Shown here: one piece after another, positions 11,956 to 21,297 of the stretch
Layout of the letters: each line of letters opens with the position of its first letter
How positions within the stretch are numbered: position 1 is the first letter of the stretch
Notes under the pieces: model-generated
What the model was told of the DNA's origin: nothing
Databases searched by the model: none
What the model saw: only the letters and a program-made list of their open reading frames with translations
Program-made: the position numbers and the translations under genes
Source of the DNA: Thermodesulfobacteriota bacterium
GTDB taxonomy: Bacteria; Desulfobacterota_D; UBA1144; Nemesobacterales; Nemesobacteraceae
Direction: 5' to 3'
Assembly (NCBI GenBank): GCA_965202785.1
Contig: OZ241855.1
Span: 704,001-768,000 of the forward strand
DNA length: 64,000 nt

Positions 11956-12222
11956 TCAAAGCGAATCCGTGTGACCGAGGTCCATGCCCGGACACACGGC
12001 GTCTCGCACCGCGCGCTTAAGTTCCTTTATCTCGGGGAACCTTCCCGTCTCCTTTCGCGACCACACAAGCTCTCCGTCCGCACGCACCTCGAACACTCCC
12101 CCGCTTGAGGGAACAAGCGACACCCCGCCGAGCGCTTCCCCGAAAGTGCCCAGAAGCTCCTGCGCCATCCAGACAGAGCGCGGAAGCCAGCCGCAGCGCG
12201 TGCAGTACTTTATCTCTACCAT
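11956..12222 (-). CDS. SelT/SelW/SelH (Rdx) family protein
   Basis: IKYCTRCGWLPR..WMAQELL, GGVFEV, GRFPE. Confidence 0.9.
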   Translation of the reverse strand: MVEIKYCTRCGWLPRSVWMAQELLGTFGEALGGVSLVPSSGGVFEVRADGELVWSRKETGRFPEIKELKRAVRDAVCPGMDLGHTDSL

Positions 12223-12360
12223 TTCGCCTTTATCTCCTCGCCCGAGGCGCTCACGCAAAGCCGCCTCCACAAGTTGATTATAAAGGCAAAAAAGATATAC
12301 TCAAAGACGAGGGAAGCTTTTCCCCGAATCGAACTTTTTCCCGGAGAGAGACCAAAGAAA

Positions 12361-12741
12361 ATGAAAAACCGAATCTTGCTCGCAACGCTTGTTTTTTCCT
12401 GCGCGCTCTTTCTCGCGGTCGGGTCCTCCCAGGCGGCCGACAGCGCGAAGGGGCAGGAAATCTACACCACCTTCTGCGCGACCTGCCACGGCCCCACGGG
12501 GCTTGGCGACGGGGTCGCGGCAGCCGCTCTCGATCCCAAGCCGAGGGACCTCTCGAGCGCCGCGATCCTCGAGACCTACACGGACGAGTACCTGGTAAAC
12601 GTGATAACAAACGGCGGGGCGGCAGTCGGCAAATCCCCGATGATGACCGCTTGGGCCGGGATAATAAGTCCCGAGGACATAGACAACGTGGTGGCGCACA
12701 TAAGGCAGAACCTCTGCAAGTGCGAGTATAAAAAGCAGTAG
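12361..12741 (+). CDS. Periplasmic monoheme cytochrome c
   Basis: Signal peptide, CATCH, axial Met (PMMTAW). Confidence 0.9.
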   Translation: MKNRILLATLVFSCALFLAVGSSQAADSAKGQEIYTTFCATCHGPTGLGDGVAAAALDPKPRDLSSAAILETYTDEYLVNVITNGGAAVGKSPMMTAWAGIISPEDIDNVVAHIRQNLCKCEYKKQ

Positions 12742-12744
12742 CGT

Positions 12745-12798
12745 AAAAAACGCGGCCCCCTCGGGAGAGACCCCGAAGGCAGCCGCGCCCCTTTTTTC
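12745..12798. terminator. Probable bidirectional terminator
   Basis: CGCGGC...GCCGCG stem flanked by A-run and T-run between convergent genes. Confidence 0.55.
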
Positions 12799-12816
12799 CT
12801 TATTATATATAAGGGC

Positions 12817-13698
12817 TCAGACTCCCCTTTCCTCAAGGCCCGGGGGAAGTTCTCCGTAATAGGGAGAGTCCTCCTCGTACATCTCAAGGACCTTCTCCTT
12901 CGGCATGTCGCACATATCTTCCGTGAAACCGAACATCCTGCATATGTGGCGAAGCTCCTCCTCCCTTCCTGGAAGCGGGTCCATGGGCTGTATAAGCTTC
13001 TGTCCCTCAAGCTCCTTTCTGACGTCCTGGTCCTCGGCAAGCGGAGTTCCGTACTCGTTTGAGTGATAGAGCCTGTCGAACCTCTTCCTCGGCCTCTGCC
13101 CGGGATCCTCGGCCGGGTATCCCACCGTCATGAGCCAGATGGGAACTATGTTCTCGGGAGTCCCGAGCACCTTCGGGAACTCTGCCGGCTTTCTCCCCGT
13201 GGCGATAAGGCAGCACCCGAGTCCCATGTCGGTGGCCGCGAGCATGGCGTTCGCTATGGCCTGGCCCGCCTCGACCCTCAGGAGATCCTCCGCCCTGTCC
13301 TTTGGAAAGCTCATGAGCCTCGGATAGGTGTTCTCGGTCAGTATCTTGTAGGTCCAGCCGTGGGCGGCGGTTATGGCCCTTGCGGGAAACAGCACCTGGA
13401 AGGTCTGTATGAGTTCCTTGTACCAGGCGTCCATGTTTATGAGCCACGCCACGATAATCGGGGCCTGGCGCAGGTGAATCTCGTTAAACGCGGATCCGCA
13501 CTCAACTATCTTCTCGAACTTCTCCGGGGGATAGGTCCTCTTGTCTATAACTATCGCCTCGGTCGAGTTGCAGTTGCCCTGGCAGGAGCAGTAGCGCGCC
13601 GCCTGGAGCATCTTCTGTATCTTCCAGTCCTCAACCTCTTTCCAGGGCTTGTAGAACCGGAAACTTCTCCTAGTGCCCATTGCTTCAAAAACTTCCAT
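12817..13698 (-). CDS. Nitroreductase family protein
   Basis: EAMGTRRSFRFY, MLAATDMGLGCC, LMTVGYP. Confidence 0.85.
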   Translation of the reverse strand: MEVFEAMGTRRSFRFYKPWKEVEDWKIQKMLQAARYCSCQGNCNSTEAIVIDKRTYPPEKFEKIVECGSAFNEIHLRQAPIIVAWLINMDAWYKELIQTFQVLFPARAITAAHGWTYKILTENTYPRLMSFPKDRAEDLLRVEAGQAIANAMLAATDMGLGCCLIATGRKPAEFPKVLGTPENIVPIWLMTVGYPAEDPGQRPRKRFDRLYHSNEYGTPLAEDQDVRKELEGQKLIQPMDPLPGREEELRHICRMFGFTEDMCDMPKEKVLEMYEEDSPYYGELPPGLEERGV

Positions 13699-13754
13699 TA
13701 TAAATCCCTCCTTTGTTTCTGGTTTGTTTTCTAAAAGTTTCTTCCCCGCCGCGC

Positions 13755-14519
13755 CTAAAGCGTGGTCCAGCCCCCGTCTATAACAAGATCGGAACCCGTA
13801 ACGTACCGGGCCTCGTCCGAAGCCAGGTAGAGCACCGAGTGGGCCACTTCCTCCGCTTCGGCCCTTCTCACCAGGGGAATCATGTCGGCCGCTATCGCGT
13901 CAAGCTGCTCCTCCGCGTCCGGGGGGTTCCCCATGAACTCGGGGTCCATCTTGGTCTTTATGTAGCCGGGACAGACGGAGTTCGTCCTTATATTGTCCTT
14001 TGCGTGATCAAGGGCCATGCTTCTTGTTATCTGCCTCACGGCCCCCTTCGAGGCATTGTACGCGACGCAGCCCTCCATTCCCACTATGCCGAGCACGCTT
14101 GAGTTGTTGATTATGGAACCCCCGCCGTGCTTTGCCATAAGCGGAACCACGTACTTGCTTACGAGAAAGACCCCCTTCACGTTTATGTCGATCGTGCGGT
14201 CCCAGACCTCGTTAGAGGTCGTTACCACCGTGCCGCCCTCTAAAATCCCCGCGTTATTAAACAGTATGTCCACGCTCCCGAAATCCCCGTAGAAGGCTTC
14301 TACCACCCTCTTTACGTCCTCTTCCACTGAAACGTCCCCTGGATAGGCCTTTATCTCCCCGGGTCCCGGGTTCTCCGCCACCACCTCTGAAAGCCTCTCG
14401 GCGGTTCTTGACATTATGCCCACGTTGGCGCCTTCAGCGGAGAACAGAAGCGCCGTGGCTTTTCCTATTCCTTCTCCCCCGCCCGTTATGAGCGCGGTCT
14501 TTCCATCAAGTCTTCCCAT
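13755..14519 (-). CDS. Short-chain dehydrogenase/reductase
   Basis: TGGGEGIG, NNAG, YNASK; start reassigned to MGRLDGK. Confidence 0.93.
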   Translation of the reverse strand: MGRLDGKTALITGGGEGIGKATALLFSAEGANVGIMSRTAERLSEVVAENPGPGEIKAYPGDVSVEEDVKRVVEAFYGDFGSVDILFNNAGILEGGTVVTTSNEVWDRTIDINVKGVFLVSKYVVPLMAKHGGGSIINNSSVLGIVGMEGCVAYNASKGAVRQITRSMALDHAKDNIRTNSVCPGYIKTKMDPEFMGNPPDAEEQLDAIAADMIPLVRRAEAEEVAHSVLYLASDEARYVTGSDLVIDGGWTTL

Positions 14520-14589
14520 TTTTATATCTCCCTTGCTCCGGGTAAGAAACCCTGCTTTTTTTTCAAGTTTTATTATATAATAACCCATT

Positions 14590-15495
14590 ATGAGCAACGG
14601 AAAATCTTTTACGGCGGCGGCGGTGCAGGCCGCTCCCGTTTTTCTCGACAAAAAGGGCACGGTCGAGAAAGTCCTGAGACTTATAAAAGAGGCTGCGGGA
14701 AACGGGGCTGAGCTTGTGGCTTTTCCAGAGGCTTTCATACCCACCTATCCCTACTGGCCGAAGGATATGGGGTTCGGCGCCGAGAAAAAGCTCACCATGG
14801 ACGCCCACGTAGAGCTTCACAGAAACTCGGTCGAGGTTCCGGGAGAGGAGACGAAGAGAATCGGGGATGCGGCAAGGCGTGCCAAGACCTGCGTCGTAAT
14901 AGGGGTTAACGAAAAAGAGGGAGGAACGCTTTACAACACCATCCTTTATTTCGGCAAGGACGGCACCCTTCTCGGCAGGCACAGGAAACTCATGTCGATT
15001 GACAGCGAAAAATGCGTCTGGGCCAACGGAACCGCCGAGGACGTGAGGGTATTCGACACCGAAGTCGGAAAGATAGGAGGGCTTTTCTGCTACGAGCACC
15101 ACATGACCCTTGAGAAGTACGCGATGTTCACCAAGGGGGAGCAGGTGCACGTGGGGCTCTGGGGAGGACACGGATTCGTCAAGGATACGATGGACTTTGC
15201 AAGCCGCCAGTACGCGTTTGAGGGACAGGTGTTTGTTATAATGTCAGCCGGCTTCATCGAAGAAGACATGGTTCCCGACTCCTTTCCCCTTAAAAAGCAG
15301 ACGATCTGGGACTATCCTGGGGGAAGCGGCATATTAAACCCCAGAGGGCAGTACATCGCCGGTCCCGTGTACGGAAAGGAAGAGATCCTCTACGCCGAAA
15401 TCGAGCTTGATCAGATAATAAGGGCGAAGACCGTTATAGACTGCGTGGGACACTTCTCAAGGCCGGATATATTCCGCTTCGAGATAATGGAGTGA
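14590..15495 (+). CDS. Nitrilase (carbon-nitrogen hydrolase)
   Basis: Catalytic triad FPEAF / HRKL / CYEH; C-terminal GHFSRPD. Confidence 0.92.
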   Translation: MSNGKSFTAAAVQAAPVFLDKKGTVEKVLRLIKEAAGNGAELVAFPEAFIPTYPYWPKDMGFGAEKKLTMDAHVELHRNSVEVPGEETKRIGDAARRAKTCVVIGVNEKEGGTLYNTILYFGKDGTLLGRHRKLMSIDSEKCVWANGTAEDVRVFDTEVGKIGGLFCYEHHMTLEKYAMFTKGEQVHVGLWGGHGFVKDTMDFASRQYAFEGQVFVIMSAGFIEEDMVPDSFPLKKQTIWDYPGGSGILNPRGQYIAGPVYGKEEILYAEIELDQIIRAKTVIDCVGHFSRPDIFRFEIME

Positions 15496-15529
15496 CTTCG
15501 CCCAGGACAATAACTTGTCCACTGGTCAT

Positions 15530-15979
15530 TTAGTCCCAAAGCTTAGGGTTCGGGTTCCGCGCCAGTTCGTCGGCAATCTGCAGGATTTTCTCCTGCCTAT
15601 CGCTTACATTCTGCGCTTCCAGCATCATGCTTTGATCTACCGGATCAAAAATATCGCTGGCCTTTCTGATCGCTTGCTTGTGTAAGATCCCTGCCAAGTC
15701 GCCTTCATTTGGAACAAAAGCATAAACGAGCCTGCAATCTAGTGCTTCGGCAGCTTTGCGGAGTGATTTTAACTTAATGACATCGTCCGCCTCGTTTTTC
15801 TCCAGACGAGCGGCGGATTGCTGCGTGATACCCATACGTTCTGCCATCTGCCGGACACTCATGCCAAGCGAGGTGCGGACAGCACGTATCCAGCCTCCCG
15901 AAGGACGGTCACAAACATTCACTCTGGAGAGGTGATCATCCAGTGCCCTCAATTGCATATACTTAAATTTGTTCATCAT
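15530..15979 (-). CDS. Mobile mystery protein A (XRE-type HTH)
   Basis: PSGGWIRAVRTSLGMS..QMAERMG, LRKAAEALDCRLVYAFVP, SMMLEAQ, KLWD. Confidence 0.85.
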   Translation of the reverse strand: MMNKFKYMQLRALDDHLSRVNVCDRPSGGWIRAVRTSLGMSVRQMAERMGITQQSAARLEKNEADDVIKLKSLRKAAEALDCRLVYAFVPNEGDLAGILHKQAIRKASDIFDPVDQSMMLEAQNVSDRQEKILQIADELARNPNPKLWD

Positions 15980-16069
15980 ATCACAGCCTATATTCTGTAA
16001 ATAGAAAGAATAATAACAGAATAAAAGCTGTAAGCAAAGCTTGATAAGGGAAGAGTCATCAAAAACGGT

Positions 16070-16143
16070 TGGCTGGGGCACTAGGATTCGAACCTAGACT
16101 AGCGGATCCAGAGTCCGCTGTACTGCCGTTATACGATGCCCCA
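16070..16143 (-). tRNA. tRNA-Gln (CTG)
   Basis: TGGGGCA...CT CTG GA...GGTTCGAATCC...TGCCCCAGCCA; cloverleaf with encoded CCA. Confidence 0.95.
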
Positions 16144-16292
16144 GAGTGCGAAGAAAAGATTATTTACTCTAAACCCCGCGGTGTCAAACCGGTGAAAACT
16201 ACCGCGGCCGGGGTTGATTACTCGTGGCCATCCAAGTAAATTAGCGGATACGGAGGTGGCGCCCGCAAAGGCCGCGCGGCGTTTTCTGGCCC

Positions 16293-16652
16293 ATGGACGA
16301 ACCGAACCCGGAAATCCTTGAGACTTTCGAGAACAAAAACCCGGAGAGGGATTACGAGATCGAGATATCGTGTCCCGAGTTCACCTGCGTCTGCCCGAAA
16401 ACGGGGCAGCCGGACTTTGCGACCATCACAATAAAGTACGTCCCCGACAGGCTCTGCGTGGAACTTAAGTCCCTTAAGCTCTACATGTTCTCCTACAGGA
16501 ACACGGGCGAGTTCCACGAGCACGTGACAAACAGGATCCTTAACGATTTCGTCTCCGCGTGTGACCCGAGGTCGGTCGAGGTGACGGGTGACTTCAACGT
16601 CCGCGGCGGAATAAAGACGGTAGTCCGGGCCTCACACAGAAAGGACGCCTGA
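16293..16652 (+). CDS. queF: NADPH-dependent preQ0 reductase (unimodular QueF)
   Basis: [32 protein letters not shown]. Confidence 0.95.
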   Translation: MDEPNPEILETFENKNPERDYEIEISCPEFTCVCPKTGQPDFATITIKYVPDRLCVELKSLKLYMFSYRNTGEFHEHVTNRILNDFVSACDPRSVEVTGDFNVRGGIKTVVRASHRKDA

Positions 16653-16673
16653 GCGTCCCGGGCCCAAGACAGC

Positions 16674-17483
16674 ATGTACGTAAAAACCCAGGTAATAATC
16701 ACGGGAACGATAATACTGCTTATAATTCTGGTCGCGATTTTCGCGCCCGTTCTCTCCCCCTACGAGTACGACCAGACGAATTTCTCAAACGCCCTTCGCG
16801 CTCCCGACTCCGTGCACCTCATGGGAACGGACCAGGAAGGCCGCGATCTGCTGAGCAGGGTAATTCATGGATCGAGGATATCGATAGCGGTTGCGGTGGG
16901 AACCGCGGCGATGGCCCTTGTCATCGGAACGGTTCTCGGGGCGGTCTCGGGATACGCCGGGGGGAAAACGGACGAGCTGATAATGCGCACTGTTGACGTG
17001 TTCTACGCCGTTCCTGATCTTCTGCTTATCGTTCTTCTCACTCTCGTCATCGGAACCGGGGTTACGGGCATAGTCATATCCCTGGGGATAATGTCGTGGA
17101 TGAGGGTCGCCAGGATAGTGAGGGGAAGCGTTTTGCAGATAAAGTCGTTTGAGTACGTTGAGTCCGCAAGGGCGCTCGGGGCCTCGCCACGGATCATTCT
17201 CGCAAGGCACATACTTCCGAACACGCTGAGCCCGCTCATAGTCACCGTCACGTTTTCGGTGCCCTACGCGATTCTCACCGAATCCACCCTGAGCTTTCTC
17301 GGCCTCGGGATATCCCCGCCTGAGGCGAGCTGGGGAACGCTTGCGAGCACCGGGTGGCAGGGAATAAGGACCTTCCCCCACCTTATAGTGTTTCCAAGCG
17401 TGGCGATTTTCATAACGGCGCTTTCCTTTAATCTCTTCGGGGAGGGCATAAGAGACCTTCTGGCCACGGAGAACTCAAGGTAA
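16674..17483 (+). CDS. Peptide ABC transporter permease (DppC/OppC-like)
   Basis: HLMGTDQEGRDLLSR, EAA-like loop YVESARALGAS, LSFLGLG. Confidence 0.92.
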   Translation: MYVKTQVIITGTIILLIILVAIFAPVLSPYEYDQTNFSNALRAPDSVHLMGTDQEGRDLLSRVIHGSRISIAVAVGTAAMALVIGTVLGAVSGYAGGKTDELIMRTVDVFYAVPDLLLIVLLTLVIGTGVTGIVISLGIMSWMRVARIVRGSVLQIKSFEYVESARALGASPRIILARHILPNTLSPLIVTVTFSVPYAILTESTLSFLGLGISPPEASWGTLASTGWQGIRTFPHLIVFPSVAIFITALSFNLFGEGIRDLLATENSR

Positions 17484-19522
17484 TGGAACCGAAAAAGGCC
17501 ACATTCTGTGTCTTTCTCTTTGCTCTGCTTGCACTCTCCATCTCGGCCGAGGGCGCGCGCGCCAACCACGCCGACTGCGAAAAAGTCCTGCAATCCACCG
17601 AGGAAACCCTCGAGGCGCGGTTCCTGAAGCTTCACTGCCACGCCCGGGAGCGGCAGCATGCCGAAGTGCACGGGGTCCTCGCCGAGATAAAGGATAAGCT
17701 CCTCTTCATAGAGGACTACATCCTTTACTACGAAGCGGAGGCGGCTTTAGGCCTCGGGCAGAAGGAGAGGGCCGAGGCGCTTTTCCTGAAGATACTGAAA
17801 CACCACCCCGACTCGGCGATCGGCCATGACGCCCGTGAGCGGCTTGCCGAAATCCACCTCGAGAACGAACGTCACGCGGAAGCGGAAAAAACATACTCCC
17901 ATCTTGCCCGGAGGACCGACAGCAGGTGGAAAAAAGCCGTTTACCTCAAAAACCTCGGCGAAATAAAGGAAAAACAGGGAGACTTCCCCGCGGCCTCCGG
18001 GATATTCGAGAGGATATGGGCCGAGCACCCGGAGGTAAGCTTCTCGGATTACGCGTTCGAGCTTTACAAAAAAAACGGAAAAATCTTTACCCCCTCGCCG
18101 CAGCAGTTCGAAAAAAGGGGGGACGTAATGTTCGAGGCCGGAAACTGGGAGGGAGCGCTTGAGGCCTTCTCCAAGGCTCCCAAGACAAGCGCGGTGAGAA
18201 CGAAAACCGGCATCTGCCTCTACAGGCTCACCCGGTTTCCCGAAGCTCTCGATGTATTCTCTGGGGTCAACTCCCCGGAGGCCTTTCACTGGAGGGGGGT
18301 TACGCTCATGAGCATGGAGCGAGAAGAGGAGGCCATAGCAGTCTTCGAGAGACTCCTCAAGCTTAACCCCCAAAGCCCCTGGGCGGCAAAGTCGCTTCTT
18401 AAGGCCGCGAGGCTCCGCCACCTGCGCGAAGAACCGGAAGAGGCCCACCGGCTCTACCGCCTTGTCATCGAGAAATACCCCCAAAGGGAAGAGGCCCGGG
18501 AAAGCGCGTGGAACCTCGGGTGGATGCACTACAGTAAAAAGGAGTACGCAAAGGCCGTAGAGGCTTTCTCCGACCGCGCCTGGGCGAGGGGGAGAGACCG
18601 GGAGCGCTTTCTTTACTGGTACGCGAGGGCGTCCGAGCGGGCGGGAGACAAGCCCGGGGCGCTGTTCGCGCTTGGAGAACTCGCCGAATCCCAGAAAATT
18701 ACCTACTACTCGGCTCTCGCGAAGATAAGGCTCAGGGAAAAGCTGCTTCCGTCCCCGCCTCCCGCCGCTGCCTGGTCGGGAAACCCTTTCGGGAAAAATC
18801 CCGCGCTCAAGAAATTTCTTTTCTTCGCCAAGGCCGGGATATACGATCTCGCCCTCAGGGAAGCCGAGCTTCTTCGGCCCCAGGCGAAAACGCGCGCGCA
18901 GCGACTCTACCTCGCCTCTCTTTACCTGCAGGCACAGGATTACAAAACCTCCATAAGCCTGGCAAACGGCGTCAGGTCCCCCGAGGCGCTCCGCCTTTCC
19001 TTTCCCAAGGGCTTTGAGGAGCGGGTGAGGTTTTTTTCGCGCAAATACTCGCTTGACGAGTTTCTGGTCTATTCCCTCATAAGGGAGGAGAGCCATTTCG
19101 ACAAGGAGGCGGTCTCGGTTTCCGACGCGAGGGGGCTAATGCAGCTTCTTCCCTCGACGGCGCTTGAAACGGCGCCCAAGGCGGGTCTCAGCAATTTTCA
19201 GGCTTCCCAGCTTTTCTCCCCGGACATAAATCTTGAACTGGGATGCTATTATCTGAGCTGGCTGCTGGAGATCTTCGAGGGCAACTTCGCCATAAGCCTC
19301 GCCGGCTATAACGGAGGCCCCACGAGCGCCAAGACGTGGCATGAGAAAAACGGAACGCTCGACGTAGACGAATTCATAGAGGAAATCCCCTTCGAGCAGT
19401 CAAGGAACTACGCGAAGAAAATCATAAGGAGCTATGTCGCTTACGAGGCGGTCTACGGAAGGGAGAAAGATCAGTTCTCAAGGCAGAGCTTCGAGAAGTT
19501 CCTCAAGATCATGAGCCCGTAG
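17483..19522 (+). CDS. TPR-containing soluble lytic transglycosylase
   Basis: IREESHF, ARGLMQL, AGYNGG; TPR helices; signal peptide. Confidence 0.92.
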   Translation: MEPKKATFCVFLFALLALSISAEGARANHADCEKVLQSTEETLEARFLKLHCHARERQHAEVHGVLAEIKDKLLFIEDYILYYEAEAALGLGQKERAEALFLKILKHHPDSAIGHDARERLAEIHLENERHAEAEKTYSHLARRTDSRWKKAVYLKNLGEIKEKQGDFPAASGIFERIWAEHPEVSFSDYAFELYKKNGKIFTPSPQQFEKRGDVMFEAGNWEGALEAFSKAPKTSAVRTKTGICLYRLTRFPEALDVFSGVNSPEAFHWRGVTLMSMEREEEAIAVFERLLKLNPQSPWAAKSLLKAARLRHLREEPEEAHRLYRLVIEKYPQREEARESAWNLGWMHYSKKEYAKAVEAFSDRAWARGRDRERFLYWYARASERAGDKPGALFALGELAESQKITYYSALAKIRLREKLLPSPPPAAAWSGNPFGKNPALKKFLFFAKAGIYDLALREAELLRPQAKTRAQRLYLASLYLQAQDYKTSISLANGVRSPEALRLSFPKGFEERVRFFSRKYSLDEFLVYSLIREESHFDKEAVSVSDARGLMQLLPSTALETAPKAGLSNFQASQLFSPDINLELGCYYLSWLLEIFEGNFAISLAGYNGGPTSAKTWHEKNGTLDVDEFIEEIPFEQSRNYAKKIIRSYVAYEAVYGREKDQFSRQSFEKFLKIMSP

Positions 19523-20091
19523 TCAGAGCTTTTTTCAGGATGGAACTGAAAAGCGGAAAGGTTTCCCGATATTACCCCCGCCTCGAACTCGCCCCCGTAA
19601 TCGGAGAGCAGAACGTCTGCGCCGGGCTCGTCAGAAACCACGTGGTAGGAGTGAACGAAGTAAAACCAGCTTTGCTGCGGTATCCCTTCAAGTATGGAAC
19701 TTCGCTCGGGCGCGCTCACCCTGTTCCAGCCCATGTGAGGCACCTTAAGCTTCTTCTCGCCAACGCTAAACCTGACTACCTTCCCCCTGAAGACCCCGAG
19801 CCCCTCTTCCCCCGGAGCCTCCTCGCTTGACTCGAACAGGACCTGAAAGCCGAGACATATACCCAGAAATGGCCGACCGCTTGCGATGAAATCCTTTATG
19901 GGCCCGGTCATTGAGCGCTCGCGGAGGTTCCTCACGCAGTCGCCGAAAGCCCCGACTCCGGGAAGCACGAGGCCGCTTGAGCCCTCTATGTCCCCCGGGT
20001 TCTCGGTAACGCGGACCTCTATGCCCTGGGAGGTAAACCCCTTCTCGACGCTTCTCAGGTTCCCCATCCCGTAATCCACGATGGAAATCAC
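19471..20091 (-). CDS. hisH: Imidazole glycerol phosphate synthase glutaminase subunit
   Basis: DYGMGNLRSV, GICLG, QFHPEKS. Confidence 0.97.
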   Translation of the reverse strand: MISIVDYGMGNLRSVEKGFTSQGIEVRVTENPGDIEGSSGLVLPGVGAFGDCVRNLRERSMTGPIKDFIASGRPFLGICLGFQVLFESSEEAPGEEGLGVFRGKVVRFSVGEKKLKVPHMGWNRVSAPERSSILEGIPQQSWFYFVHSYHVVSDEPGADVLLSDYGGEFEAGVISGNLSAFQFHPEKSSDYGLMILRNFSKLCLEN

Positions 20092-20678
20092 TAAAGCGTC
20101 CCCTTGGTCGAGGGAATATCGTCACGACGCCCGTCAAGCGCCGAGGCTGTGTCCATGGATCTTCCCAGGGCCTTGAACATGGCCTCTATTATGTGGTGCA
20201 GGTTCGTTCCGTGGCGAAATTCGATGTGCAGGTTGCAGCGAAGCGAGTTCGTAAGAGACTTGAAGAACTCCTCGGCAAGCTCCGAGTCAAAATCCCCGAC
20301 CTTGCCCGGGGGAATCTCCCCCTTGAAAACAAAGCAGGGCCTGTCGCTAAGATCAACCGCCACCAAGACAAGCGCGTCGTCAAAAGGGATTACGGCATGT
20401 CCGTATCTGGTGATTCCCCTCTTGTCTCCAAGGGCTTCTGAGAAGGCTTCCCCGATTGCTATACCGACATCCTCCACGGTGTGGTGGAAATCAACGTCGA
20501 TGTCCCCTTCGGCCTTGACCGTGAGGTCAAAGTAGCCGTGCTTTGCGAACTGGCTCAGCATGTGGTCGAAAAACGGCACCCCTGTCGAGATATCGAATTT
20601 CCCGGTTCCGTCGAGATCAAGCTCAACGCTGGCACTGACTTCGGATGTTTCTCTTTTTAAAACGGCTTTGCGGGTCAT
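20091..20678 (-). CDS. hisB: Imidazoleglycerol-phosphate dehydratase
   Basis: FFDHML, HHTVED, HHIIEAMFKA, PSTKG. Confidence 0.97.
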   Translation of the reverse strand: MTRKAVLKRETSEVSASVELDLDGTGKFDISTGVPFFDHMLSQFAKHGYFDLTVKAEGDIDVDFHHTVEDVGIAIGEAFSEALGDKRGITRYGHAVIPFDDALVLVAVDLSDRPCFVFKGEIPPGKVGDFDSELAEEFFKSLTNSLRCNLHIEFRHGTNLHHIIEAMFKALGRSMDTASALDGRRDDIPSTKGTL

Positions 20679-21297
20679 TGTTAGACTGGGCTCCTTTCTT
20701 CGCGGCGGGGCGGCAAGTTTCGCTAATCATTCTATATACATACGTCTTTTATTGTCAATAAACCCGAGAGGGGATCATCGAGCTAACTAGTCAAAAGTTG
20801 CTGTCCTTTCTCAACTAACTTCCTGAAATTTCTATAAGATTAAATTTTTCACAGGTTCAAAGATTAAAAAATCTTTTAAGCAATTTTGTCAGTGTCTTGG
20901 ACAAGTTACAAAACAAAAATCTGTGGGAATTTGGCAGGGTGCAAAACAAACTTATAGGGAAATAGTATGCCTCGCGCGGAGAATTTGTGTAGTTGCAAAA
21001 ATGGTTTGATCACTTTTTCTTTATGCTAAGAGCGGAAAACAGGGGCTGGCATAATTTCTATTGATCCCTGTTAATCATTTGGTAAATTCCAATTATTAAG
21101 AGTATGCGGCAAAATCTGCTTGCGACTGCTGAGGGAAACCCTAGATCCCAAAAGTTCCGTAGGAGGAAATACGTCGGGATTACTAATTCCCGTGACGGTA
21201 GCGAATTTAAACTCACTGGCTAGGTGACGGAAAGTTTTTTCGAAATTATCGACGATTCTCCCAAGGGATTCTGAGTAGAGCCCTTTACAGCGAGAGT

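Noticed and set aside
11956-12222. Selenoprotein
   Set aside because: Motif is CTRC with no in-frame TGA.
20770-20792. GGGGATCA-N6-TAACTAGTC as left end of a peptidase cassette
   Set aside because: Only 14/23 similar to the 22610 end and no TSD; the 22281 site is a better partner.
21105-21160. c-di-GMP riboswitch suggested by GGCAAA/GGGAAAC
   Set aside because: The required GNRA hairpin and second stem could not be formed, and there is no downstream co-oriented gene.
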